A stretch of DNA of 64,000 bases from Penicillus capitatus (lineage: Eukaryota; Plantae; Chlorophyta): NCBI GenBank assembly GCA_965649825.1, contig OZ287703.1, positions 1,173,722 to 1,237,721 on the forward strand, read 5' to 3'. Every line of letters starts with the position of its first letter. Within the stretch, counting starts at the first letter, position 1. Below are positions 50,107 to 63,164 of the stretch, piece after piece. The notes below the pieces were generated by a model that saw only the letters and a program-made list of their open reading frames with translations, ran no database searches and was not told the DNA's origin. The position numbers were made by a program, and so were the translations under genes.

Positions 50107-51798
50107 ATGAAGACTTTGAATGGACGTTTATGCGAGATGACATCTCGCCTGTCCCACACGCGACAGTGTTTGTCGCGGCGACCAGGCCCTCGAATCCAAA
50201 ACCGATCTCTTTGCGTGCAGAAGGCGATCCATGCGCAGGACCGTCGTCATGCGAGTGACAGATTCGTCGAGGAAACGGACATCGTTGTCATCGGGTCTGG
50301 AGTGGGAGGACTAAGCTGTGGTGCACTGTTGGCCAAGTATGGATACAATGTCTCTGTACTCGAAGCACATTCCATTCCTGGTGGCTGCGCTCACGGATGG
50401 AGTCGGGGAGACTGCCATTTCGATTCAGGGACATCACTCTTCTTTGGAATCTCGAATAGAGATCTGGATAATCCATTGACTTCTGTGCTGGCCCTCCTCG
50501 ACGAACACGTCGACATGATCCCTTACGACCAGCAGAAGACACGGCTCTTCTGGGAAGATCGTTTGTTTAACACACAGATTGGATCAACAGAATTCAAAAC
50601 TGTTATCGAAGATTTGTGGGGGAGCGAGGCGAGACAAGAATGGACAAAGCTGCAGAAGATCTGCCTAGACTACGATGCCGTTGCTGGATCGATTCATCCG
50701 ATGGCTGTCAGGTATGATAACTGGATTGGACTCACTGCTGTTGCTCGGTCTCCACTTGCCTTTCTAAAATTGCTGACGGCCGATCCCAAGGTGTCGTCGG
50801 CGGATTTCTCCACTGTCGTCAATGACGCTGTTCACTGTGAGGCATTGAGGAATTTTGTCAACGTTCTTTGTCAAGGCACGTCTGGTCTTGCATCCGACGA
50901 CATTGTTTCTTCTTACATGATCCGAGCATTCAATCGTTTATATCAGCCCGATGCACAGTGGGAGATTCCTCTGGGAGGAAGCCAGAGCATTGTGGATGCA
51001 CTTGTCAGGGGACTGCGGAAGTTTGGTGGCAAACTCCATCTCCAAACTCGTGTCGAGGAGATTGTTGTTAAGAATGGAAATGCCGTTGGCGTTCGTTTAT
51101 CTGGAAATCGTTATATCTCGGCCAAGAAAGCAGTGGTGTCGAATGCCACCATATGGGACACAGCCAGGCTGATCTCTCCAGAGATCATTGATTCAGATTT
51201 CAAGCAGTACATAAGCGAAGTGGAACTCAATGCCAGTTTCTTACACCTCCACTTGGTGTTCGACGAGGATGGACTTCCGGATATGCCTCTGCACTCTTTT
51301 TTCTTCGACGATAGCTTGATTGGAGACAGTGGTTGGCCGACAATCTGTATACCGACATCCGTGGATCCTTCCCTTGCTCCATCAGGAAAGCACATCTTAC
51401 ATGCCTATCTTGCAGAGCCTTATGACATCTGGAAGGGCATGGACACCAAAAGTCGTGGGTACAAAGACTTCAAGGACCAAAGGACAGAGGTTTTATGGAA
51501 ACTTATCAAAAGAGTGGTACCAGACATCGAAGACAGAGTCTCACTCTCCCTGGCAGGAAGTCCGTTGACACATGAGCGTTTCCTCAATCGTATCCAAGGA
51601 ACGTATGGGTCCAAGAACTTGTTAAAAGTCCAAAAGACACCCACTGGAATTCAACCATTGCACAATGTCTATTGTGTCGGGGATTCGACATTTCCTGGAA
51701 CAGGCACACCTGCTGTGGCAGCCTCAGCCATGTGGGTGGCCAATACATTAACACCAATTCATAAACACTGGCAAGTATTAAACAAACTCAATGTGTGA
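50107..51798 (+). CDS. CRTISO-like FAD-dependent oxidoreductase (phytoene desaturase superfamily), intronless
   Basis: DIVVIGSGVGGL...LEAHSIPGG, FDSGTSLF, GSPLTHERFL, YCVGDSTFPGTGTPAVAAS. Transit-like N-terminus; start 50107 or 50137. Confidence 0.85.
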   Translation: MKTLNGRLCEMTSRLSHTRQCLSRRPGPRIQNRSLCVQKAIHAQDRRHASDRFVEETDIVVIGSGVGGLSCGALLAKYGYNVSVLEAHSIPGGCAHGWSRGDCHFDSGTSLFFGISNRDLDNPLTSVLALLDEHVDMIPYDQQKTRLFWEDRLFNTQIGSTEFKTVIEDLWGSEARQEWTKLQKICLDYDAVAGSIHPMAVRYDNWIGLTAVARSPLAFLKLLTADPKVSSADFSTVVNDAVHCEALRNFVNVLCQGTSGLASDDIVSSYMIRAFNRLYQPDAQWEIPLGGSQSIVDALVRGLRKFGGKLHLQTRVEEIVVKNGNAVGVRLSGNRYISAKKAVVSNATIWDTARLISPEIIDSDFKQYISEVELNASFLHLHLVFDEDGLPDMPLHSFFFDDSLIGDSGWPTICIPTSVDPSLAPSGKHILHAYLAEPYDIWKGMDTKSRGYKDFKDQRTEVLWKLIKRVVPDIEDRVSLSLAGSPLTHERFLNRIQGTYGSKNLLKVQKTPTGIQPLHNVYCVGDSTFPGTGTPAVAASAMWVANTLTPIHKHWQVLNKLNV

Positions 51799-51822
51799 TG
51801 TGACTGACACATACATACACAA

Positions 51823-53304
51823 TCAATCTGCGCCAAAAAGAAGGGCGGCAGCTGCGTCCTCATTTCCATGCGTCGCTTTCAAGGCATTCGCACATCTTTG
51901 TCGATCGAACCCCAGAGCCATTAGACGCTGCACTTTCTCTTCAAAGACGCTATCTCCGCTTTCTGATGGAGGTCCATTTGCAGACGATGTCGCTGCATTG
52001 CTGTCTATACGAAGAAGAAGAAAGCAGGAGTAGCATGCAAACGGCCAGATGCACCTTCTTGTGGTTTAAACGAAGTTTCTTGATCTATCTGATGCTCAGC
52101 AAGAAAAGGCACCTCTGCGTTGACGCTGCCGATGACCAATTTCATGGCCTTCAAATCTACAGTACACTGAACCACACATAACAGTAAGAGCGGGTGGAGA
52201 GAGCACCAAGTAAACAAGTACCTGATGTCTGACGAGATTGTCCAATCCGAAGATGAATGGCGGACCAGTGTTCTGTTCGATCACGGATAGGGAAGATGCC
52301 ATGTACTCTCCCCCTACTTTTAATTGTGCTTGATGGACTCTTCCCAACAACTTGCTCTGTCCCACTCCATATGCCATTCCTGCGTATCGCTTGTCGATCA
52401 AACGCATGAGAGAACATTTTTCTGCGAAATCTGCTGACATAATCGTCATCTGAGCTCCAGTATCCACGAAGGCTTGAACACGGACGCCATTCACTTCCAT
52501 GTTCACATAGAGCATCGTCACAATTCCAAACATCTCTGGTGTATGCTCGAGTGCCTGTGTTTTTCTCGATGAATTAAAACACGGGAATTTGGCAACTGTG
52601 AAACAACCAACACCTGTTGATAATTCTCTTCGATGTTCGTCTTTTGAATCTGCTCCCATATCTTCTTCTGAGCTTCGGCTCCCATAGGGTCTGATCTGAT
52701 CTGTTCCATCTCTTGTTGTCTAGATGTGAAAAATGTTGGTGTTGCAGGCACGATGTGCATAAACAGTGTCTACTGATCACCTGGCGAGTTCTCCTGCTTC
52801 AATCAGAAGGGCCATAGCTCTCTCGCTATCGTTCGATCGAATGGCCGCAGCCAATTGAGGATTCTCTGCTTCAATTCGAGACAAGAGTTCTGGATTCGCT
52901 GTGGCCCGCTCAACGAGCTGCTGTCCCATGAGAGTCCCTAAGGCCCCGGCGCCACCGCGAGTCCTCTGCTCCACTACTGGTTGCTGTTCCAGCATCAGCA
53001 GATCTCCGTCTGCCATCCCAATGGATGCTATCGTCTGACTATCAAAAACTTGAAACAACAGTCGTGCGGTAAATCGAGCAAACACACTTGTTTCCCAGGG
53101 GACGGCCTTGAAAGAAAAGCTGCTGTTGCGCCGCTGGGATTCCAATTTGATTTGCCACCGAATTCTTGACACTCGCCACAGTGTCGTATGGCTCACACTA
53201 AGAGCAAACATCCGACGCTTTTGCTGTAGGCGGAAATCCAGTCGCAAGCCGTGTACGTTTATGTTGACTACAAGGTCTGATTCCGTCGCAACGGTGAGAA
53301 TCAT
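51823..53304 (-). CDS. DDI1: DNA-damage-inducible protein 1 (UBL, retroviral-like aspartyl protease, UBA)
   Basis: MLYVNMEVNG...AFVDTGAQMTIMS, LIDKRYAGMAYGVG. Last exon UBA EEKVQRLMALGFDRQRCANAL. Confidence 0.94.
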
Positions 53305-53383
53305 CTTTCTGCAGAAATGAAACCGTCGAGGCACATTTTAAACATCCACAAACAATCACATTTTGTCGCGGAGAGCTTGAACA

Positions 53384-54791
53384 ATGTCATCGAGTGAGGA
53401 AAGTTCCGAGGCGGAAGAGATCTACGATCTTTCCAATGCAAGACGCAGCACCTCATGGAGATATGTACCATCTGACTTGTGTCTGTAGTCCGACGTGGTG
53501 ACAAAACACAAGGCGGCTGCCGAGATTTGCAACAGTACGTCTTTGGAAGAGTGTTTACTGGAGTGCTCGACGGACTCTGAACGGTGTTCTGTTCTTCCTC
53601 TTGTACAGATGCTGTGGCTACCGTGGTTGCCCGCATCGAAGCCGGGGTGAAGGTCACGGACCTGATCAAACTCGGGAACACTTTTGTGGAAGAGTAGAGA
53701 TGGACACGCACACATTTCTGAGCGTCATGATCCTCTGTACGTTGCAGGAGTATTGCGAAGATTTTCAAAGGGAAGAACGTGGAGAAGGGGATCGCCTTTC
53801 CGACATCGATTTCCATCAACAAGTACCTGCCATCACCACTGCAACCTACGTTGTGCGTCTGATGTCGCTGAGATGTCTAGTGTGGTTGGTCATTTCTGTC
53901 CTGTGGAGAGCGATCTTGCTGTAAATGATGGAGACGTTGTAAAAGTGTAAGAAGAATGGGATGATGTGCATTTCTCATCAGGCTTATTATTGCCGTTGTC
54001 TTAGGGACATTGGGTGTCACATTGATGGATTCATTGCGATTCAAGCGGGGACTGTTGTCGTCCAGGCAGATAAGAACGCTTCTGTGAAGGGAAGATATGC
54101 AGACGTGCTTCAGGCTGCACGCACTGCCTATCAAGCGGCGCTTAGACTGATTCGACCAAGGAAGAGTATATCCGGCGTCCATGCAGTACTGAATCAGATT
54201 GCAGAGATCTATGGATGCAATCTGGTCGATGGAGTCATGACACACCAACTCAAGAGATTTGTGATTGATGGCAACAAATGTATTCTGAACAAACCAACAC
54301 CAGAATACAAAGTGGACGACGGTGAATTCGAGGAGAACGAAGTATATGCAGTGGATATTGTGATGAGTACTGGAGACGGAAAAACGCGAATCATGGACGA
54401 AAAAGAAACCATGATCTACAAGAGAGCCCTGGACAGGGAGTACAATCTCCGGATGAAAGCATCGAGATCCGTGTTTGCCGAAATCAATCGTCGATTTCCG
54501 ACAATGCCGTTTACCATCGGGGCACTGCCAGATCAGAAACAAGTTCGATTGGGACTGGTTGAGTGTCTGAATCATGGACTGCTGCATCCGTATCCAGTCC
54601 TACATGAGAAAGCGGGCGAAGTGGTTGTACAAGTGAAGGGTACAGTGCTGCTGATGCCATCTGGTTCAGACATTATCACAGAATTTCCAGAACAAGTGAT
54701 TGAACCCACTGTTCAATTAGATGATCCAGAGATCCAAGCTCTGCTGAAAGAAGAAATATCAAAGAAGAAGAAGACAAAAAAGAAGAAGTGA
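53384..54791 (+). CDS. EBP1: ErbB3-binding protein 1 / PA2G4
   Basis: DLSN|SDVVTKHKAAAEI, GIAFPTS, DIGCHIDGFIA, HQLKRFVIDGNK, LLHPYPVL, poly-Lys tail. Confidence 0.94.
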
Positions 54792-54841
54792 AATCGCTGA
54801 TTAGATGAGAACGTGCATTTAATCCGCCAACAGTCTCGCGA

Positions 54842-57571
54842 ATGGAAAACACGGCGTCCACAGAACTGTCTCCGCGGTCGCGCCCTTTCCTGACGTCTGA
54901 ACAAAGAGAAGCCCTCGACGCCGCGTTGGCCGAGAAACAGGGTGCTCGCTATATACACGGACAAGAGCATCCATCCATCCGTTCGCGATTGTGCTCGCAG
55001 ATGTCGAGAAAGTCGAGAGTGAAGGTCGGCGTTGGATGGTTCACCGACGTAGTCGAAGCCGTGATTTCTACGAGAAGATGGATAGAAAGAGCAGATCTGG
55101 GAAAGGGACCGGTGGTTCGAAGAAAGGGGGTGCTGGCGGCAAGTATACGTGGGGCAGTTATGTGGACGATACCGGAGTGGCGGTTCTCGACAAGAGTGAC
55201 CCAAACTATGATTCAGACAGCGAAGAAGCAAAGGTGAAGTACAGAGGGAGCAGCAAAATCGTACAGGAGGTCGAGGAGTACAAGGAAAGGGTATGTGAAG
55301 TTATCATTGGATGGACGGAGATCGCACGCACTGTCAATTGGGTGTTCAGGTCGCCAGCATCATCTCAGAGTACTATGACAATGGAGATATCAATGAAACG
55401 GCCACTTTGCTCGACAACCTTCGCCGTCCACACTTTGCTCAGTACTTTGTCAAGAAGGCCATTACGATGGCGATGGATCGAAGAGATAAGGAAAGGGAGA
55501 TGACCTCTTATCTATTATCATCACTGTACAATGAAGTGCGTGTGTGATAATCTGCACTGAGGTGGATGGGATGGTTGACGACGGTCTTCTTTGGGCAGGT
55601 CATTTATCCAGAACAGATGCGCAAGGGTTTTGAGGCGACGATCTATTCCGTTGACGATTTGCGATTGGATGTGCCAGAGGCTGCTGAGCTCATTGCCTTG
55701 TTTGTGGCACGTGCTGTTGTGGATGACGTGCTTCCACCAGCCATGGTCCAGAGAATTCATGGAGATGAGGAAAGCACTGTCATGGAAGTGCGCAAGAGAG
55801 CAGAAGTGCACCTGTCGGCACGTCACTGCACAGAGAGAATGTTGCGTTGTTGGGGCGCAGGTGACGACGCACATGTCGGCTTGTATGACTGTCCTTCCCT
55901 TTCAGGTGCCGGTGTTCATTATCAAGACACAAAAGACAGTATTGCTAAGATGTTGTTTGAATACACAAGCAGTCACGACATTGAAGAAACCCGTCGATGC
56001 CTCAGAGCATTAGATCTGCCTTTCTTCCACCACGAGGTAACAAACCAGACGTCGTTTGAATCATCTCGATTTTGGTGTGTCGATGGGTCGTTTCGAATCG
56101 TGTTGTTCTCTCTGATTGTGACTTCTACCATCACGCCTGGTGCGACGCTAACAGTTGTGTTTGTACATAGTTTGTGAAACAGGCAGTGCATTTGGCGATG
56201 GAGAACCAGATGCACCGTGGAGCTTTCATCGAGATGTTGGCAACTCTGACGAAGAACGGAGACATTAGCGAAGGACAGATCAGCAAAGGCTTTGAAAGGT
56301 CCATCCAACCAACACGAGAGAAGTCTTCTCCCTTACTAAATACATTCATCCTGTCTTCAGAGTGGCCATGCGTCTCGATGATACCATACTGGACAACCCC
56401 TCTGCCGAACAACAGTTCAGTGAAGTGGTAGACGACGCAATGAAGGAAGGGATCATTGACAAAAACGCTAACGTACTGCTGCAGGAGATCAAAGTCATAG
56501 ACAGGGGGTGGTGGTGCATTGTGGTGTGTAGGATATTGTAAAGGCCGTTGCTGGCCAATCAGAATCTGGATTTCCCGTACATCATCCTCATTCAATACAG
56601 TTATTCAAGGAAGCAGCGTTGGCTGCCATCGAAGAATTCTTCGAATCATCCGACATGGATGAGGTCGCTGAAAGGATATTAGAATTGGAAGATCCTGGCC
56701 TCCATCACATCTTTGTCAAGCACGCTGTTCAGAAAGCAATGGACAGACGCGATAGAGAACGCGAGATGATATCAAACCTCCTGAGTTTTTTGTATCCTCA
56801 GGTCCTTTCAGGTGATTTCATTGTTATCATGGAACAGTTTTCTGAGTCGAAGGGTATCATCTTGTTGGGTGGTTGCAGGGGATCAATTGGGACAGGGGTT
56901 TACACGTTTGTTGCTTGCGGCAGAGGATCTTGTCCTCGACAATCCGGAAGCTGTTCATTTTCTCACAAATTTCTTGGGACGCATCATTGTCGATGAAATC
57001 GTGCCACCATCGTTCTTGACGAGTGTTTTGGGGTCACTAAAAGATCATTCGCTTGGAATTCAGATCGTCAAAGAGACAGGTATGTGTGTGCATACCCTGT
57101 CCTCCCTCACTCTCTTTGCACTGAGACATGGTGTCAGGTTCCATGTTGAGTGCTCGCCATGCCGCAGAGAGAATGCTCAACTGCTGGCACGGCGGCTCAA
57201 AAGACATAGAAGAAATCAGAGGTGAGATACACACGATGCTCAAGGAGTATCTGGCAAGCAAGGATGTCGATGAAATTGCACGATGTCTCCACGAACTTGC
57301 TGTCCCCTTCTATCACCACGAGTTTGTCCGACGAGGACTGGAGATGGCTTTGAATAGCGATGCCGATTTGGAATTGGTCGAAGCACTGTTGTCTGTGTTT
57401 GCAAGCAGAGGTGAAATAAGCGAGACGCAGATGAAGAAAGGTTTTGAAAGAATGGAAGCATTAGTCGAGGATCTGGCACTGGACTATCCTCATGCCAGAG
57501 AGAGGTTCTCGAAAATGAAGGAACGTGCGATTGAGGAAGGGTGGACAGAGATGAGAGAGGTGGCTTCGTGA
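54842..57571 (+). CDS. Four-MA3-domain translation regulator (plant MRF/ECIP1; PDCD4-related)
   Basis: KKGGAGGKYTWG and DPNYDS, then repeated MA3 units (IISEYY...FVKKAITMAMDR, FFHHEV, HHIFVKHAVQKAMDR, FYHHEFVRR). Confidence 0.92.
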
Positions 57572-57584
57572 GAAGAGGAAGGCT

Positions 57585-57589
57585 TTACA
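57585..57589 (-). terminator. Candidate TGTAA polyadenylation signal (S1P lyase)
   Basis: About 150 nt after the stop at 57736. Confidence 0.4.
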
Positions 57590-57735
57590 CTGGCGCGATA
57601 ATGATTCGCTTGCCACTATTTTGAGCATCTGTTCAGTAGAACACTGAATCTTGGATCAGCGTGTGAAACGCCTTAGGAGACTGATTGAATAGAAGAAGTT
57701 AAATCATGCCTCTTTCTACCTTCCCTCCTATCCCG

Positions 57736-59755
57736 TCAAGGAGACAACAATACGTCTTGATAAGTGTACAGCAATTCCTTGACAATACGACGATCAGGAA
57801 CACTGCAGGCCGTTCCATAAATGGCAGCCGTGCCGTTGCGAGATCCTTTTGGATCTTTCTTCATGGCCTCAATGGATATGCGGAGATCCTGTAACAGACC
57901 ATAGATCAATCAGTCAGTAGATATTGTGATACACTCCTTGTCTATCACCTGAACCAAGCGATCGACTGTGTTGACATGGCGTGCCGTGAAGCTGATATGT
58001 AAAGCTGGTGGAAACTGCAAAGGAGTCAAATGCCATCCCTTTTCGCTCATGATATCATTGACCTGCAAGGGAAAATGTGTCTCGAACATGCAAGTAGCTA
58101 TGATTCCAATACGTAGTAGATTCTTTCAGGATGCTTCTTGAGCATGACTGCGACCACAGGACCAATTGGATTCCCAATGATCTTCAGTTCTGGAACATAC
58201 GACAGCTTTGATTTGAAGTCCAGCACCACATTCAGAATATCATCTGCATTCTGCAAATATCCTTGCTCTCCGATATGCATTAAACTTGCCCATGCCGTTG
58301 CAATCAAAGCTCCAGATCGACTTCCGGCGAATCCTGAAAGCGGAATAGAAGAAATCAAACCTTTGGTTTACTGCAGAATCTATCCACTCGCCTGGCGATA
58401 TGTACATTCCTCCAGTCCAATCGCTGACAGCTGTGTATTGATATTTTCTCAAAAGAGGTGATCGATAGAGCACAACTGAAGTGCCTTTGTGCGCCATTCC
58501 GTATTTATGGGTGTCGATCGAGATCGAAGTGACACCTAAAACACAAATTTCGTACTAACGAAAAATCCTAGGGAATAAGAGGTCTTCGCCTTTTAGTGAA
58601 AAATCGAACGGCGGAACAGACTGGCCTGACTTCTGAACGAACGGCAGAAAGAAACCTCCCAAACAACAATCGACGTGTAGAAGAATGCCATTTTCAGTCG
58701 CAATTTTGGAGATTGCTTCGACAGGGTCAATCACTCCATGGGGGAACCCGGGGGCCGATGCAACAATCAAGATGGTGTTGTCATGGACTCTGCGTCGGAC
58801 TTCTCTAACTGGCATCTGATAGTTCTTGTCGACCTTCAGTATAACGAGCTTTATCTTGAAATATTCTGCTGCCTTGTAGTATGCCGCGTGTGCAGACTCA
58901 GCGATGATCATCTCTGGTTCTGTTATGCCTCGTTCGCTTTCCATGTAATCTCTCGATGCCTGCGATGGACAATATCAACGCATGCATGCTCAATGCATGA
59001 ATTCAAAGGCAACTATCGTGTCACCTTCACTGCCAAGAGGATGCTTTCAGATCCTCCCGACGTCATGCATCCACATACATTCTTTGCTGTGTTCTTTGCA
59101 TTCATGAGGCTGCCGCAGACGCTGACAACTTCAGCCTCCATTTGTCGAACGCTTGGGAAAACGTCTGGATGAAGAGGATTTGTCAAACTGAAGAGATGGT
59201 ATACATCGCAGAGCAGGGTCTCCAGCTCACTGCCCGCCAGGTAGACAGTACCTGACACCTTGGAATCCTTCTCACTCACTGGAACGTCCCTCTTGTTCCG
59301 TTCCCTCAAATGGTTTAGAACTGTACGACTTGACCATCCTTGAGCAGGCAAGCTGTGGATTGGTTTCTCATCTTGCAGAAATGCTTTCTTTCTGCGATTC
59401 AGATGCTGCTTCAGCTTTTCTCGTTCCCTTCGAATCAACCTTCGCGTCAGGGGAAACGATCGCACCATAGCAAAGAACGTTTCTTTCACTCCTAAATGAC
59501 GACATGCATCGACATTGCAGAGGATTGGAGAAGGAAACGACTCAGAGAGAACAGCTTTTTTATGATCAGACAGACGGCGACAGTGAGCAATGTCGAGATG
59601 ACTGTTGCTGCCACGATAAGAGATGGTCTTAAATGCGTGTCCAGGATAGCTCTGTCCAGGACGTAGGCGCAACGCTTTGCGAATTGAGTGACGACAAAAC
59701 GAAGCGCCTCCAGAGACTCGACGACAGTCTCGAAGACGACGTCAGATGAGGCCAT
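57736..59755 (-). CDS. DPL1: Sphingosine-1-phosphate lyase
   Basis: N-terminal [39 protein letters not shown] lysine in [19 protein letters not shown]. Confidence 0.96.
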
Positions 59756-61578
59756 CGTAATGCGAGAGAGAGTTCAAGTGTTCTTTAAGTGCTGTATACA
59801 ATCTGCGGCGCACGATGCAACGCAAAGATGCCCGAAGAGGTGGGCTTCCTTTACTTCAACCTGTCGTACAGGCGATTGAAAGGACGCAACCGTGTAAATG
59901 AAGGTAAGCCGAAAGCGACGTCTTTGTCGATTGGGAGCACTTATGACCGAAACTTATGCCTGAATGGTCGCGACACTGACTAGCAATCCTCTTTGTGTTC
60001 GTTCGTGCTACATGATACTGTCTTGCTTTCGAATGACTGCATTCTCCTCTGTCCATAGAAAACTACCATGTGTTCCATATTTGAGGTTGCTAAAAGCTCT
60101 GTTTGTGCAGTTGTGCCGCGGACGCTTATGAATGTTCTGCGTTCACAGATTTTGATTTGTCCGTGTTAGCAGAAGGCGAGACAGCAGATGTAGAGGACGG
60201 ATTACCTTATTGGAGCAGTGACTTAATGGAACAAGAAGATCATATAACACACCTTGTGCAGGGCACGAAGAATGACAGCCACGCTCAGATTGTCATCCAA
60301 CGAATGATCTACAGGAAGGTGTAAGTTGAACCGGACTTCGAATGTCGTTGGGAACGTCAGTAGTAACAATTTCCACAGAGATCTCATACTGAGGTTCTTC
60401 ACTTGCATAGCGTAAGAGCTTGCCAGTACAACAACCACCACACTCCAAACAACAGTCTGCTTTTTGATGCGACAGTGTACAGAATCGTCGTCAGATTGCT
60501 TTCCCAAATAAGGTGAACTATTGAAGCACTGATGTGTGATGACTCGACAAACACACCTGTCATACACTTATCGGAAATATGTAAGCATTCAGGAAAGTGT
60601 ATCTGAAGAACAACAATCCCGCTACAATCAGGAGACTGGCAGCTTATAATCTACGGAGACGACAGAGTCTTCTAAGTATCTACCATCAACGGTGACTCTT
60701 TCTCTCTCAGGACCCCAAGAAAGTGACTCATTTGTAATGTGTCTGCGGACCAAATGACTAAAGAAAGTGCTTTATCGATACTGGATCATTGACAATATGA
60801 GTGTGGAACCAATACGCATGCTCTGTCGGCTACAATATGTCGAACAACATGGTAAATGGAGAAATGGCAGATTATCCGCCCAGCTTGAAATCGAGGTGTT
60901 TACATGGGATTGCATTCGCAAAGCAGTCAAACCAGCGAAGAAAATCTTGTATTGGCAGAAGACATCCATTCGACGACTAAATGCATGTATCTGTTTCCTT
61001 TCTTCACAAAGTGGCTTTTGTATGACAATGGCAATCCGGCAGTTTGTCTCTCTCCACACGACACCCTGTAGAAGATTTGGCTTCGTTGCGTTTCGATGGC
61101 GAATTAACTGTTAATGCTAACTGGAAGCAATCGAGTTAAAATGGATAAAACTTCTCCAATCTTGCAAAATCGATACTCAACAAGTCGAAAATGTCATTCT
61201 CCAGTCTTTGTTTTCAGCCGAAGCCATCTAATCTGGACAAGATGTAAGTAATGTCTTGATGTGTGTATTACTGGTGACACCATAGAAACATGGTGATGTT
61301 GATGGTGTAGGTTACTGGAGGGGATTGTCAAGGCACTCCATGCAAGCATCTGTTGTTCTCCCGCATTCTCAAAGGGTTCGCGATGAGCTAACCGGCCGAT
61401 TGCTCCGAGAATCGTCTTATCGATATGTCTGTAATCTGATGCGAATGCGACATCACCGTCTCTTCCGCACAACTGTGTCAGCAGCGTGTATTTGTGAATT
61501 TGATTGCCGCTCCAGTTAAACACCTTTTGGATTTTTCATCGTTTGTATTCTCCATCCAAAGAGGATCCAGGATAGAAA

Positions 61579-63164
61579 ATGAATGCGGAACGTGGGGACG
61601 TCGACAACGAAACACACGTGAGAAACCGTTTGGGTTTCTCTGCAGCCAATTCTATTCATTTGCAAAAAGGGCGCTTGGTTGAAACAAGTGTCCGAAGCTG
61701 TGAAGAAAAACTCGTTCGTCAAGCGGGGTCTTTCCAAACAATCCTTGAAGGCGTGTGACGAGGCAACGAGTGCACCGAGGGAATACCTTTGTCCCATTTC
61801 GTTGGAACTGATGCAAGATCCTGTGCTTCTCGTGGAGACTGGACAAGTCTACGATCGTTCTTCCATTGAAGGCTGGTTTGCGACTGGGAAAAGGAGCTGT
61901 CCCGTTTCCAGAACGGAAGTGAAAAAAGTGCTTCTAAGCCCGATTTTCCCGTTGCGATCAGCAATTCAAGCATATGCAAAAGAACACCAGATTGAGCACG
62001 AATGCGTTGGAGGCCAATTGGCAGTGGACAACGCATTAACGACGGACAGCCTTGTCCTGTCTGGGAGATTGTTTGATGGAGTCTCTGTGTATGATGTCCG
62101 TGGATTGTGCCGAATGATTGATGCTTCAGATGTTGAGCAACAGGCAATCGCTCTGAAGTTGCTTATCGAGATGTGGCGGTGCAATCCACGCAATCCTAAG
62201 TCATGGTGTCATGAATATGTGTGATTGGGCTCGTAGATTTAGTGATGCTTCTCAGCGGGCGAAATTGAGTCGACTGTTATCCAGGGACAAACTTGGATCT
62301 GTTTTCCAAGATTCTGAAACGGAAACAATAAGAAACTGTGCAGCTAGACTGCTCTTGCACTTACCTGGACGCTATTTTGATGGGCAGCAACAGCTGAAAC
62401 TTCTGACACATGATGACTCCGTCCTGCAAGAAGAAGTTTTGATGAGGTTGTGGAACTATGGATATCGGCATCGATCAAGGATGAGAGAACTCGCAACGTT
62501 CATGTTGAGGAATGGAGCGGACGAAATCATCGCAATCTGCCGAAAGCTTGCAGACCCGACTGAAGACACAGACATCACAGATGAGGTTTGCGTAGGCATG
62601 GAGTGCTGCTGAGCAGCTAACTCATGATGTTTGTGCGCTTTTCTGCTAAGTAGGTTAGGATGCACGCAGCGTTTGTGCTCGCTTGTGCTGCCTTTAGAAA
62701 AACCTCACGTTACAAAGCAATCGGTCAAGGAACCGTACCACTGTTGGTGAACATTCTACAGTCGACATCGAATCTCGGCTTTAGATTCTGTCTCATGAAG
62801 GCACTACAATACATGTCGAAAGACAGTGATGGAGGAAACCAAATTATTCGTGCTGGTCAGCACCAACTTCTGTGGCATCTGTGTCTAGGGAGATGCTCAA
62901 TGTGTCATAGGAGGCATTCGTAGTTTTGTCACACATTTGCCAGAGAGAAATAACAGCGTTCATTACTACACACGAATCTATCTGGACTGGTTCGCTTGGG
63001 TGACAGTAGCTGAGACGGCGGTAAAGGCACTCTACTGGTTAGCATTTGACAGACAAGGCTTGGCGGAATTGAAGACAAGCTCAACGATGAAGCTGCTTCG
63101 CTTAATGGCCAAACACCGCGTACTGCCCAAACCCTGCTATTCCAAGTGCGATAATACTCAATGA
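61579..63164 (+). CDS. U-box / ARM-repeat E3 ubiquitin ligase
   Basis: EYLCPISLELMQDPVLLVETGQVYDRSSIEGWF...CPVS, then ARM-like helices (GTVPLLVNIL). Start exon uncertain. Confidence 0.8.
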
